From: Amoebophrya sp. A120
Lineage: Eukaryota; Protista; Dinoflagellata
Direction: 5' to 3'
Assembly (NCBI GenBank): GCA_905178155.1
Contig: CAJINV010000001.1
Coordinates: 8,755,642-8,819,641 of the forward strand
Length of the DNA stretch: 64,000 bases
Position numbers and translations under genes: made by a program. Below, one piece after another: positions 36,539 through 48,947 of this stretch. Under the pieces are notes generated by a model. The model ran no database searches, was not told the origin of the DNA, and saw only the letters and a list, made by a program, of their open reading frames with translations. Numbering within the stretch: the stretch's first letter is position 1; each line of letters starts with the position of its first letter.

Positions 36539-36790
36539 CACTCACGACGCTGATGCACTGGATGCAGAGCCCGTAAGTAGTCGATCGGGTTAGTTTCAAC
36601 TGCCACGAGGGCTGGCGCGTACGGTAAACGCGGCGCGATGCATCATGGTAGAAACCTTGTCAAAGACATATCGATATGGCAGGCTCTGAAACGTTTCTAG
36701 GGTCTAGTTTGACCACTGCGTGGCGCAAGAGATCTGCGTATATTTGTCGAAATTACAATTATCATATTTCCAGAACCGAGAGCAGCGCAT

Positions 36791-37176
36791 GGACTTCACA
36801 CCAACGGACTTTGTTCATGTTCGCGCTTTGCTCGGCTTCATTCGCAGGATCTCGTGTCTAGGTCGTCTTTCGTTACTGCGTCTTGTTCATCTTCATCTTT
36901 TTATTTCCGTTCTTCTTGTTTGATCTTTCGTCCTACTGCAAAGATCCTTCCAGCTCTGTACAAAACTAGCACGTCGTACGTAACCAATACGCGTCTCATC
37001 GTCCTCCTTTTCATCGTTCATTAAGGCTAGTCTTCGGGTTCCCTCGTGCTGCATCGTTCTGTTTTCTTCTGAATCGCGTTCGTGTTTGTTGTCACGACTA
37101 TTGGCTGGTGTGCCGTGTCTGAGTAGCTTGACGATTGGGGCGACTAGCAGGCTTGCTTTTACATACACAACTTGCA
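36791..37176 (+). repeat. Diverged ~370-bp direct repeat, copy 2; forms the 5' flank of the gene at 37287
   Basis: See copy 1. Confidence 0.85.
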
Positions 37177-37286
37177 GGTCTAGTAAATCCCAAAAGGCAA
37201 CTCCTGCCAACTACGACTACAAACTGATTTCTTCTATTGCTAAGCGTGCAGAAGTTTTGCTCACCCAAAGAAACACCAATAAAAAG

Positions 37287-39254
37287 ATGTCGGCCGTCGC
37301 TCGTCCGGGTAGCGCCACGGCGCTGCCAAAGCCGAAGGCCAAGGCGAAGGCGAAAATCGGGCCGCCGAAGCCGCCCGGTGATGTGGACACGATGATTTGC
37401 GGCCGCGGCCAGTATATCAAATGTAAAAATGTCTGGGTCTGGAACAAAGCAACTTGTGATGCTGAATTTGGATTCTACAAAAATCTGTATTGCGTGAACA
37501 GCAAAAGAGGTCCAGTTTTTGCAACGGCGAGAGGGCATTTCTCATGCAGTATAGGCATCAGGAAGCCCTCGCAAAATCTGTGATGCTAGAGCATGCATGA
37601 TAGACATCACGGGCCATGCAAAATGTGCATGACAAGCCTTGCAATCTTCCAGACCCAGACACTTTTGCACTTGATACAGTACCTGCAGAAGACCGGCGCG
37701 GATAGCGTCCGCCACACCGCAGACGAGGACGGGAAGACCTTCGGCCCGTTTGCGCAGGTCTTTTGGGGCATCGCGGAGCACATTTCGGAGGACGTGCAGG
37801 CCCACTACATGGCGCCTCTGCTCGGGGACGAAAACAAGGGCAACGTCTGTTTGCTGTTCTTCGGCGAGGACTCCTTCAAATCCGAATTTTTCGGCGACAC
37901 CCACATCCTCTTGCAGAAAGTCGCAATGGGCCTGAAGGAAGAAGCAGCGGGGGGGTTGAAGGTACTACTTTATTTAACACCTTAGATCGTTCCTTTCGTG
38001 CATCTGACTGTTGTAAATGCGCTATTCTTTTTCGCATGATCTACATCGTAATCGTATCAATTTCATCCATTTGCGCCCGAACGAATACGAAAAAAACTCG
38101 CTTCTCAGGTGCAAATGGTTTTCTGCGCCACAACGAACGAGCTGACGGATGTTCTCGACGGTGGCGCCAAGCTGGACGCCAAGGAATTTGATTCCGCTAC
38201 GGGGGCCCACAAGAGCGCGACCGCGATGACCATCAGCTCGCTGTCGAACACGCAACTGAAGGACTTTTTCGCGACGACGTACAGGAAGCCGGACCCGCTG
38301 GGGTCAATCTTTTACTACTTCAAGACCCCGAAGCGCTTGGTCACGGTGGTGGATTTTTGCCCCGAGTACTCCGTGGGCCGGCAGCTGGCGACCGACCAGC
38401 AGGCGAGTTTGACGTTGGTCGAGGCGCAGTACTACCTGTTATTCGGGGAAATCCGAGAGGCCCAGAACATCGCCTCCAACTCCGCGGTCGCGGCCTTGAA
38501 GGCCTGCATGAACGTGGTGTTGAACAAGACGCAAACGACCAAAACGGGCGTTTTCTACTGCGTCAACGGCGACGACGAGCACTGCAATGCGACGTTGGAG
38601 CACGCCCGCTGCATGGTGGAGAGTCGGGCGAACCCGGCGGGCACTGCGGGCGCCGCGTTTTCGCTGTTTGCCGACGCGCTAAACACAGAGCTGGCACGGA
38701 TGCAAAACGATTTGAGCACTATGATCCCGGATGGTGACCAGCGGGCCGGTGTGTTTTCGGAACCGCAAACGGGCAGCCGGAAGTCGCTACTGTACGAGGA
38801 TTCGCGCGCCGCGTCCGCGTTTTCCCACACGGAAGGGGGACAACTACTGCAGAAGATGCGCCAGCTGCGAGACCGGCCGGACATGTTGAGCAAACTGTTG
38901 ACCGCGCCGCGATGCGAGCTCTTTGACGGGTATCAAAAGTCGATCATGCTGGAAAAGGAGGTGCAGACAAGAGATACGGAACTCAACGAAGCGCTAGAGC
39001 ACGAGAACGAACTGCAGGAAGCCAGTCACCACATGAGCGAGATGCTGCTCGCGGCCACGGACGAGCTGGAAAAGACGAAGAAGGAACTGGTAGAAAGCCA
39101 GAAGGCCAACGCAAAACTGCAGAAAGATGTCGCGCAGATGCGAACGGAGAGGGCGGAAATCGAGCAGCTACTTTCTACGCAAAACGCGGAGATGAGACAG
39201 CTCATGAAGCAGGCACAGCAATACATGAAAAACATCTACAACACAACGCATTGA
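37287..39254 (+). CDS. Protein with a degenerate kinesin-motor-like domain and a C-terminal coiled coil
   Basis: Exons 37287-37414, 37682-37961 and 38109-39254 join in frame. Motif order parallels the kinesin motor, but the P-loop and switch motifs are eroded. Heptads in the last ~110 aa. The CDS is well supported; the kinesin call is tentative. Confidence 0.6.
37415..37676 (+). mobile_element. Introner family A, copy 4, 262 bp, TSD CAGTA
   Basis: Family-A TIRs; CAGTA at 37410-37414 and 37677-37681. Removal gives GRGQYLQKTG. Confidence 0.93.
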
Positions 39255-40294
39255 AATTGATTGCACTCGCATTTTTGTGGAGAATCCAGCCACGACGCCC
39301 ATGAAGATACAACTACAGTTTTTTGTACCCAACCAAACTCGAAATCTACGTCACTAGCAAGCGCCGAAAATTTCTACGACGCTTGACGTGGTCCTTCTCT
39401 CCCCGCCTACCCCGATAATTTGCATTCATCGCAAACTCCCTGCTAGAAAGACGGTCATTCGATCTTGATGTTTCAAGGTGATACCAACGTCCGACTCCAA
39501 TGTTGTTTTACTTTTTTTGTAGTTTGCATACGCATTGGTACTAGTGGTCGTCATACATAGAGTTCAGTTTCTGACATACTCGTCGTACCATCTGAAAGTA
39601 TTTCTTATTCTTTGCTCCTCCATCCTTCGCCTTCCTGTGACTTTTGCTTTTCTTCTTCACATTTCGATATTCGTCTTGGTGATTTGAAATCTATGCGCAC
39701 TGTGTCTCATCCCAAGATTCGCTGTGAAGCATCTATATTAGCTACGTTGTCTCAGGACGAGGATTTTGGCTCCCTGTTGTTCTAGTAGTTGCCTCTTATG
39801 TCTATGCGCTTGCAGTGCGATGACTATCATCATCTGCCACTACTTCTACTTGAACTTGTCCTACAGTCGGTTGATCAATATCGGTCATCTCCATCAAAAA
39901 TGTGCCTCTGGATGGTACGAGTCTCAATCTGTTTTTTTTCCCAAATTTGTCGTGAGTAGAAGGATCTATTAAGCTTTAGCTTAACTATTGCAAACATCGG
40001 TACTACTAGGCACTCCGCGGCCTGCTCTGTAGCAGGAGAGCTGAAGTCTATGTTAAGTCAGTCCAGTAAAAGAGTAGAAGCTTCGCCCCGAAACATACAA
40101 GGCGAAGCAAGGCGTCAACTTGTTTCCCGGCACACTCGTATCGGAACGGAAAAGTAAGAGCACTCGCCAGAAAAACGCATTCTAGACCAGGGGGACACGC
40201 AGACCTCGTCAAGAACTAGAAACTCGTTTGGTAGGTAGCTAGTACAACTTAAGATCACTACAAATTCGTTGCACACGACCATAGAGTAGAACAC

Positions 40295-41802
40295 ATGTCT
40301 TCTGCCTCCTCCACAGCCCCCATGGTGCTTTCGTGGGACGGCCTCGCGAAGGAGGACGGATTTTCCCGGGTAATCAAGGCCTACTACACCGGAAAGGAGG
40401 GAAAGGAAGTACCAGAGGGTCTCGACTACGCGATGACAATTTTCAAGTACAAGGTCACCCCGGAGAAGGTCGCCGTTATCGTGTGGGACAACCCGACAAA
40501 GTTCAACGCCCTGGATTGGACGACAAATTGGGAAATGCTGCTGATGCTGGAGTTCTTCGAAAGGAGCGACAATGTCCATGTTCTACTCTGGGTCTCCTCC
40601 ACCAACAAGGCCTTCTGCGCCGGGGCGGACGCGACGGGGCCGAAAAGCAAGGTCCCGAAAGACATCATGGCGGGGTACAAGAAAGTCAGGAAAGGTATCT
40701 ATGTATAAGATATAGAGCGGGGTAACAAATTCTGGCGATTTGTGGTCATCCCACTTTTCACCCGCTCGGCCGGGTGGGTGAAAAGTGGGACGGAATCGGA
40801 TCCACGCGCACGCGAACGGAGAAAAGCAAGATCCGGCCAGTCGGTCAGGATCCTGATTCTGTCCCACTTTTCACCCACCCGGCCGGGCGGGTGAAAAGTG
40901 GGATGACCACAAATCATCATAATTTGTTACCCCGCTCTAAGCGAGTTGATGTTTTAGTTTTTCGCTCGGCAAAGTAGTGTGTACAGAGGTGTTTCAAGCC
41001 GTGGGCATTCATGCGCGAACAACATTATATCGACCGCATGTTGATGTTCCGATCCATCTATGTAGGTCTGTGCGAAGATTTTCCTGACGGGGAGGACCAG
41101 GCGCAGATTGATTTCGCGCTGAAGGGGCTGGTTCTCCGGTTTCACACTTTTCCGAAAATTTCCGTCGTCGCTAGCACCGGCGTGGCGGTCGGCGGTGGTG
41201 CCAACATTGTCCTGATGCTGCACGACTTCGTTTTTGTGGACGGAAAAAGCACGTTCCGGTACCCTTTTACGGAACTCGGAGTCACCGGAGAAGTGTCCAG
41301 TACCTTCGTCTTGCCAAGGGTGCTCGGCAACATTCGCGCAAAGGACTTGCTGATGTCGGGCAGGTAGAGATTGATTGCCGTCTGTTTTGTACGCTAGTAC
41401 TTGTTCAACATGGGAGAATGGAAAATTTTCACGACCGAAAGAAGCAAAGCCAAACGCAAACTCAGCTCTGAAAGTTGCATTTAGCACATGTTATTCGATG
41501 TCAGGTGGTTTTCCGGCGAGGAGTGCGTGAAGCAGAATCTCGCGACCCAGCTCTGTACAGACCAAAAACCTCTGCTCTCTACCGCCTGCGAGTTCGCGAC
41601 CAAACTCGCGAAGAGTAGTCAGGTGTCGCTGCGAACCAACAAGCAGCTGATAAACCGGCAGACCGACGAACTGCTCACGGCACAGATGAACAGTGAGCAG
41701 CGCGACTTTATCGCGTGTATGATGGACCCGGAAACGCAGAAACTCTGGATGGCATTAAGGGAGAAAGTAAACAAGAACAAAAAATTAGATTCGAAATTGT
41801 AG
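40295..41802 (+). CDS. Crotonase-superfamily enoyl-CoA hydratase/isomerase, peroxisomal (PTS1)
   Basis: DNPTKFNAL, AFCAGAD, FPKISVVASTGVAVGGG, YPFTELGVTGE, AKDLLMSGR|WFSGEE and C-terminal SKL*. Introns 40695-41065 and 41364-41504. Confidence 0.9.
40715..40937. mobile_element. MITE-like element with ~80-bp TIRs and a TA duplication, inside a canonical intron
   Basis: ta|gagcggggtaacaaatt...aatttgttaccccgctc|ta. Each arm contains its own hairpin, tcccacttttcaccc-N12-gggtgaaaagtggga. Confidence 0.85.
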
Positions 41803-42508
41803 AAAGCAAAGCAACAGGAACAGAAACAAGGCAGCAGACCCTAGCGGGCGTGTTGATGAAAGAACAATGGCGCGACTCGCAGTAGATTTTGCCGCTCCCC
41901 TGTACTAGCAAGGTATATTCGCTAGTACTGCGGGTCCGGGTATCACCTCTGTCGTGCTTCGGTCAACCGTTGTGCTCGTCTCATGACACTATGATCATGT
42001 TCTCATCCTCAGTCTGTGTGCAAGTGCATCGCCTTTCGGTTTAAGTAGTATAGAACAGCACTATAGCAGCTACAGTTGCAGCAATGAACGTTTTGTTATT
42101 GCGCCATTTGCTTCGAAGGGTTATGATCATTATCTGGCGATGTGGATTCTGCTAATATGAACATCATCGTTGAGCGGGCAGTGTGACGAGAGAATATTAA
42201 TATGGGCATGGGGAGTGCTTAAACTGAGAATAAAAATGGCTTTCGTACTAGTAGGTAGCGCGATACAAAGTGCTGGTGCTGGTGCGTACCGCATATTTAA
42301 ATGGCAGGTGAAACATCAATTACCCCAAAAGTGATTTAAGTACCCGAAGAGTAGTTCCTCGAACACGAGAAGATCTAGCCGACGTATTATTCTCGTCGAA
42401 AAAGAAGTTCACAAACAACACAAATTTGGTAGACCAGCGAAACTTTTTTTTATTCCGAGGAAACAAATAAAACAACCGGGAGTCTCGTTGTAGAAACCAA
42501 AAAAAAAG

Positions 42509-44251
42509 ATGGTCGAGATCGTGTGCCCGCCGGTGGACGTGGAACCGACCAAGATCATGGGTGAGGCCGGCGGCCCGCAAGCCAAGGCTTACATCACCAA
42601 GTTTGAGGGTGGCCGTCAGGCGATGCGCATCTACATCGACGGCGGGTAGTCAGTTTCAGCTTTGTTCATCGTGCTGGATGAAACAAGAACTTCTTTCGAT
42701 ATGAGAAAGCTACTGCGAAGCGGAGATAAAATAAAGACACACGCGCAACAAGTGGTCCATGAAGATGTCTCTGTTAGAGAGCCACGCTGAGGTGGATCAA
42801 GATGCGTAGAGGTTGTTGGCTGCAACCAAATCTGCCACGCGCTTTCTAAACGGCCGCCAACGTAGTTGCACACATTGCTATCGCCCGGCCACGTCCATGC
42901 GCGCGCTGCCCAATGAATGGTTGGAATCCCACACAACCAGGCCGCCAATGACGCGATTTGAAAGCAGATGACGGTGCCGGTTGATGGATGTCGTGGCAGC
43001 CCTCTTCGGAGGGAGAAGTTGATTATGGTGGAGGAAGCAGGTAAATTGTAGCCCTGTGCTGATGTTGGCCTTTCAGGAAGATGAGGAGGTGACTTCTTTC
43101 TTGAAGATTATCGTGGTGGACCACGAGACGGGGCGCCACGCACGGGCCTTTTATTTCATTGCCTGCCATCATTGCTAGAACTGCTACGTGTACGTGTAGT
43201 ACCTTGCAATCGCTCTTTCCAGAAGTGCTGTCCTTTGATTGTTCCTGTCTTCTGCTAGTCGGTCTCGCTCTCGCTGCAATTCACTCGAAGTCGAAGACGA
43301 TTGATTTCCAGTTCGAATAAATATACGAACCCAGGTTTGATTGGAAAAAGTCCGTGGCTCCGATGCTGCCGGTATCAAGTGTAAAAATGTCTGAGTCTTG
43401 AAGAATGCAACTTGTCATCCTAAATCTGAAGCATACAAAAATCTGTGTTGCATGATTACCAAAAGTCGTCCAGTTTTGGCCAAGTCGGGAGGGAGTTTCT
43501 CATGCAGGATAGGCATGAGAGAGAGTGCACAGAATCTGTCATGTTAGGTCCTGCATTACAGACCTCATGGGTCATGGAGAAGCTGCATGACAAATCGCGC
43601 GGTCTGTTAAGCATGACAAATCGCGCGCTCTTCCAGACTGACCCAGACATTTTTACATTTGATAGCCGGGCTGCCCGGACTGGTGCCCCGCGACGCACTT
43701 CGGATACTTAGAAGCTGGGGAGATGTATCCCACAGAAAAAAGCTGGCAGGTCACATTTGTAATGCAAAAATAAATACACAAAAATGAAATCTGCATTGCG
43801 TATCCTAAACAGCATGCTATGAGGCCGCCCATATTTTTCTGTGTATTTATTTTGGCATTACAAATAATATGCCCTGCCAGCTTTTTTCTGTGGGATAAGA
43901 TGGGTATCAAGATGCAGGACGGAACTGAGAAAACCATCAAGGCGGGCGAGACGTACTTTTTTCGTTTTCTTGAACAAACGAAAAGACTGTTTTGTCTTCT
44001 TCAAGGTCCATAGTTCTCACAAACGAGATCGGGACATGCGTCGTGCTGCTACATGGGCATGCGATGAAGACATCCCATTTAATAAAATCGTAAATTCTTT
44101 CAAGAAAGTACTTGAAATACTCATCAGCTACATGGTGCCCCCGGGCCACCTGCCCATTGTGACGGAAAAGGCGGTCATGGTCGAATTCTCGCAGGACACT
44201 ACCTACACCAACGACAAATTTATCAAGGGCGAGAAGGAGGAGGGCAAGTAA
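42509..44251 (+). CDS. Cupin-domain protein, paralogue 1 (two introners)
   Basis: FDWKKSVAPMLPGCPDWCPATHFGYLEAGEMGIKMQDGTEKTIKAGETYMVPPGHLP after splicing out 42646-43334, both introners and 43953-44127. Confidence 0.8.
43373..43664 (+). mobile_element. Introner family A, copy 5, 292 bp, TSD GCCGG
   Basis: Family-A TIRs; GCCGG at 43368-43372 and 43665-43669; absent from cupin paralogues 2 and 3. Confidence 0.93.
43726..43897. mobile_element. Introner family E, 172 bp, TSD AGATG
   Basis: Perfect 25-bp TIR tatcccacagaaaaaagctggcagg / cctgccagcttttttctgtgggata, extending imperfectly to ~60 bp; AGATG at 43721-43725 and 43898-43902; absent from the paralogues. Confidence 0.93.
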
Positions 44252-45538
44252 GTCCTCCGGTGGAAATTTGGTCAACTGGTTTGTGATCACTTGGACTGAA
44301 GAACACAGAAAGAAAACCGTCTGTCACTTTGTAAATTTCCTTTTCATCTCTATGTATGAATTACAAAGTTGAAGTAGGAGAAGATGCTATCGCGTTAGCG
44401 TTAGTGCTACACAAATAAATCTCAATGAGTTTGTAAACAAAATCCGTCGACAAATTTTAGCTCTCGACAAAGACAACTAAGTACCTTCCTGCCCGGAGAT
44501 TGTTTTCGAACCGAACTTTTTAGAAAGGGCGCCGCTTCTTCGCGTTGCTCGAGGAGTACGGCGACGACCTTGACATGTAAAAATCATCTCTTCGTTTCAG
44601 TTTCACGGCGAGATCGCAACAAACAAAAGTAAAAGAATACCGTGCGGCAGCTCCCAAAAATCATAGAAGTTTCTATGGGCGGTACCTGTGGAGGTACCGC
44701 TTGATTCTGAAGAGCACATCAACTCGGAATATCATAGGCGCAGTTTTTTTCTTGCAAACTTCTACTCTGCGAATTCTGAAAATGATTTGCTGGGAGAAAA
44801 TCACTTGAGTTTCTCTTGTTGATGTTAGATAGAAAAGCTACGGCTACTAGCCTCTCATAGGTACGCAGCCAAAGCGCAAATGACGAACGTCAAGAACCAT
44901 TCGGCGGTGAAAGCCTTTTCTGATTCTGATATATCATGACCCCATTCAAAAAACTGGTGTTGGGGCAAGAGAATTATGACAATGCGCTTGTCAGTAGTTT
45001 TATTGCAAGCAAGAACGTAAAAAATGAACTTCGACGCGTTCTCCACCTTCTTTGTAGTTCATTGATGAATGATCTAAAATTTTCGTATTTCCCTAAGAAA
45101 CTACTTAGATAAAGATCCGGATCCCAATCCGATGGTGCGATCCTCATTGGATTCGTTTGTCTGTTGACCGGCTTGCCGCAGCACGGGTAGCAGGGAGAAA
45201 AAAGAAAACCTGGTCGCAAGTCGAAGATCGTCACCTTGGCAATTTTTTTTCAGATCATCAATGTCCACAGATGCTCCCAACGATCCTGTGACTTTCACTG
45301 TCAATCGATCGAAGAACGAAGACCCGACTACCGACTAGGACCACTACGTGTTACTCGCAGGCTTGTCTCAACAGCTACTTTGCTACAACTTCTTACCACT
45401 CACACTCTAGCTCTACACAAACTACAATAACTTACTATACACACTTCCTCTCGTACTTAGAGCTAGACTCTGTCGTTGCCCCGTACCACAGCGCACACGC
45501 ATACACACTACGACAGACGGTCGTCAGATATCAAGAAG

Positions 45539-46426
45539 ATGATGGTCCTTCGACTTCTGTGGGCCACCGCGGCTGGGCACCAGCTTCTGATGGCGCAAAC
45601 AAACATCATTTCAGTTCAGGCCGCCTCCAGCATTCCTTTTGACAACGTCGAGGGTCAGTGGGTTCAATACCTGGAAGCCAAGGGCTGCCCGTGGCACTGG
45701 CAGGTTGTGACGCGGGAATTTCCAGGCGGAGATGGCTTTGAGATGTTGGGCCGACTTAATAGTGGAATAGCCGCGATGAAGTCGCAAGGATATCGGGACA
45801 TCACGCTAGTTGCGATCAGTCCTGAAGGCGAGGAGTCCCGCCTTAATATGAATGAAGAAGAAGAACAAGGTCTACAACCAACTACAGATGAGCTCAGGGA
45901 GCAGCTCATGGAGCAGCTGCTGGAGAGGCATCCCGAAGAGCAGCTGCTGAAAGCTGAGCTGGAAAGGAGGAGAAAGTTGGAAAAGTCGAAACAAAATGCT
46001 GGCGCCGCGTCCTCGGAGGGGGCCAAATCTGAAACGCGGTCAATCGGGAAAGTGGAGGAGCAAAAACCGAAAGAAAAAGCTGGCGCCGCGTCCTCGGAGA
46101 GGCAGGATAAGAGGAAGAACAAGAAACAGGGCATCTTTGGCTTCGCGAGCGGTTTTTTGGAGGAACCGGGGGCTAAAGCTAAACCGGCCGCCAAATCTAA
46201 AAAAGTGCGCTTCGCACCCGAAAATAAAGTGGAGAGCGGAGCTCCTGCTGATGCGAATCACGCCGGATATCCCGGGTCCTCGTCGCGCATTGGCACGGGG
46301 GGCCAGAAGCGTGCAGCCACCAGCAAGTCCGAGCTCTTAGTGGGAGGTCGTGAAGACGTGACGATTGATGAGGATATGAACAAGATGTTCGCAAAATTGA
46401 TGTTGGCGGGGTCTAATAGTGATTGA
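45539..46426 (+). CDS. Intronless orphan, putative secreted protein, paralogue 1
   Basis: N-terminus MMVLRLLWATAAGHQLLMAQTNIISVQAA shared with 49447..51228; charged low-complexity body. Confidence 0.6.
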   Translation: MMVLRLLWATAAGHQLLMAQTNIISVQAASSIPFDNVEGQWVQYLEAKGCPWHWQVVTREFPGGDGFEMLGRLNSGIAAMKSQGYRDITLVAISPEGEESRLNMNEEEEQGLQPTTDELREQLMEQLLERHPEEQLLKAELERRRKLEKSKQNAGAASSEGAKSETRSIGKVEEQKPKEKAGAASSERQDKRKNKKQGIFGFASGFLEEPGAKAKPAAKSKKVRFAPENKVESGAPADANHAGYPGSSSRIGTGGQKRAATSKSELLVGGREDVTIDEDMNKMFAKLMLAGSNSD

Positions 46427-47555
46427 TGTTGAGGGTGTCTTTACTTAAAGGAAAGAAAAGGCACTATCTAGAGAACTCAAGATGGCTGCTACGGCTAGCC
46501 TTTTAGAAGAAGCGATGAATTATACTTCTCTGCTCGTCGTGTATGATTTAATTCGAACCGCAAGAACGATATTAACATGTAGTTGAAGATACGGGCATTA
46601 CATACTAGACTCTACAGAAACACAAACAACTACTAACTATCTTTATACCAGAAAGCTCTCGAGTAGGCAGACAGGGCGACCAGAGTGTTGCTCTGTTGGA
46701 GAGGGTGACTCCAGTATAGCTACTGACGAAAATTACTTTGTTTGGCTGGTTCTCACCTCAGAAGTGCGGAACTGGCCGGCCTTTGTTGTGTCTCACCATC
46801 AGAAGTGCGAACTACGAGGGCCGGGGCGTACCACCTAAAAGTAAAACCTAAAGCTCCAAAATAAAAGATCGCGCTAAGTGTTCGAAAACTTTCGTTTTAT
46901 CGCGTGACCCTACTAAAGATAAGGGAGCTGATTTACATCGCGTTTCGTTCTTCTCATAATCATGAATTTATACTTCTACCTTGAAGTCTAAGTCTTTTTG
47001 AGAACTACCTTTTCTTATTCTCGCCTGTACGTAGTTGCCGCACCCGCACCTCCCTCTTGAATTTGGAGTATTTCCACGGATGGTGGAAGGTGTAGCCACC
47101 TTCTGCTTCTTGTCCTTGGGCGCTACAGATATCAAACAGGAGCTGACAATTACTTTTTGAACAGAGAGATTTTGGCAACATGTGAAACGCGATAGGGCTT
47201 TGTCAGCGTTAAAAAACTGGACCACTGCAGATTAGCAATTATAAGCCGCTGCTCGATTCCATGGAGTTTGAGCGCGCACTTTTGTGATAAATAAAAAAAA
47301 GCGCGCGTGTGCCCTGTAGGCACGTATTACCTACCAGTCGTGCGTCCAGACAACAAAAACAGGAAAAAGAAAAACGACTATTGATCGACGCCCGGTAGCG
47401 CTTGCGGGAATTCCTCCGATTTTTGTTCCGACACCTGCATAGCATCCGACATCGTGAAGATCGAAGACCCAGAGATAGTGATAAAAACATCTGGCAGCTG
47501 TTTGGCGGCAAGGATTCTCACAGAAAAGACGGCTTGGTTTTACAACTAGCAACAT

Positions 47556-48947
47556 TTCAAGGACATGAAAAAAAAAGAGAGAACGCATTTCAAGGACATG
47601 AAAAAAAAAGAGGCCCGCTGCTGTCCGCCGCCCGCCCAGGAGACAGCGGCGGCGCACTCCTGCAGCCAGTCTTTTGGAAGAAGACGGCCGCCGCCCTCCC
47701 CCGCGTGGGTGGGGGCAGGGTGGGTCAGGCCACCGACCGGGGGGGCCACGGGGCCGGGCGAGGGGGCAAGGCCGTGCTCTGGGGGAAGCTAGCGCTAGCG
47801 CGCTTCGAGCCAAGCTAGCAGCGAGGGCGAGGCGGCCCCGGATCAAGGTCTCGGCTAGGATGAAAAAAATGGTGGGGCGCAGCACTTTCGTAAACAAGCA
47901 AGCCGGGAGGTAGCGCCCTGGCAGGCCGACTCTCCCCCCGCCCCGGCCACCCATTGCGCCGCCCTCCCTGGCTTCGCTTGGTGGCGCGCCCCCTCGGCGC
48001 CAGCCAGCAACCGCGCGGGCGGGCAAGATTCGGGGCACGGTTGTTAGTTTCGATAGGGCGCGGCCGCCGCCCCTGCGCTCCGTCCAGCAGTGTCACTTCG
48101 GCGCCATCCCGCCCAACATGCGCAAGGAAAACGGGTGGGCCTTGTTCCCTCGCACGCTCGCCCCTAGCAGCGCCACTACGGCTACCGCAGGGCCTCTGTT
48201 CTTGTACCCCTCGCCCCTCGCGATGCCGCTTCGACTACGTCGACCGCTACCCCAACAACCTGAACGCCGACTGCTACGCCCACTCCGATTTCCACGCCTT
48301 CTTCTACACCTACTCCCACGCCTACCGCTGCGCCTGCCTCTACGCCTACGCCTACGCCTACGCCTACTGCTACGCCTACTCCTACGGCTACTGCCGCGCC
48401 TACTTCTAAACCTATTTCTGCGCCTACTTCTACGCTTGTGAACGCGCCTATTTCTTCCCCCACTCCTACGCCTACTTCTACGCCTGTTGCCACGTTTCTT
48501 GAGTTTTGCGCTTCCCTGTGCGCTTGCTTCTACCTCCGTGGCCACGGCGATGCCTCTGGCAGGGTGCATTCGCAAATGGCCCGGCTCCAGGCACTCGGCG
48601 CAGCCGACTTGCCCCCCCGTCGGTCCGTCCGTTAGGCCACTGAGGCTTTTTGATGCCGCGTCGGGTCAGTAGCAAGCCCCGGCGGAAGCTAGGGCCCATG
48701 GAATGTAGTCACTTTGCGTTTTCTTTGGGCCGGTTGTTTGCTTCATCCTTTCAAGCAACCGACCGCATGTGGACCAGGGACGGAGCGCGTGAAAGTCTCC
48801 CGGGCTCCATCCTCGCGGACTTCTATGCACTACATATCTACGGACGCTGCAAAATCTACAAGCCTTTGAGTCAGCTCGTCTATGTTTCTATGGTCCCTCA
48901 ATTATGAAGAAGCTGCCGCGCCGTTGTGCCAACACGGCGGCGCGAGT
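47556..48947. other. GC-rich insertion between duplication units, containing a decayed Thr-Pro repeat
   Basis: Absent from the unit 2/3 junction; much higher GC than its flanks; (CCTACG)n at ~48340-48400; GCAACAT on both sides. Confidence 0.65.

Noticed and set aside
32626-37176. LTR retrotransposon interpretation of the direct repeats
   Set aside because: No gag/RT/integrase motifs, TG...CA termini, PBS or PPT seen.
42770-43020. Ankyrin-like antisense fragment (IHWAAR...ADLVAANN) and a ccctc-TTCG-gaggg hairpin in the cupin intron
   Set aside because: Requires a frameshift and is too short; a single tetraloop hairpin does not support an ncRNA call.
46477-46495. Reverse-strand resemblance to the dinoflagellate spliced leader (ccgtagc...ccat)
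   Set aside because: Only a short interrupted match, on the wrong strand for the neighbouring gene.
46968-47225. Minus-strand ORF also present at 51870..52115
   Set aside because: Conservation is explained by the segmental duplication; no recognisable domain or clear start.
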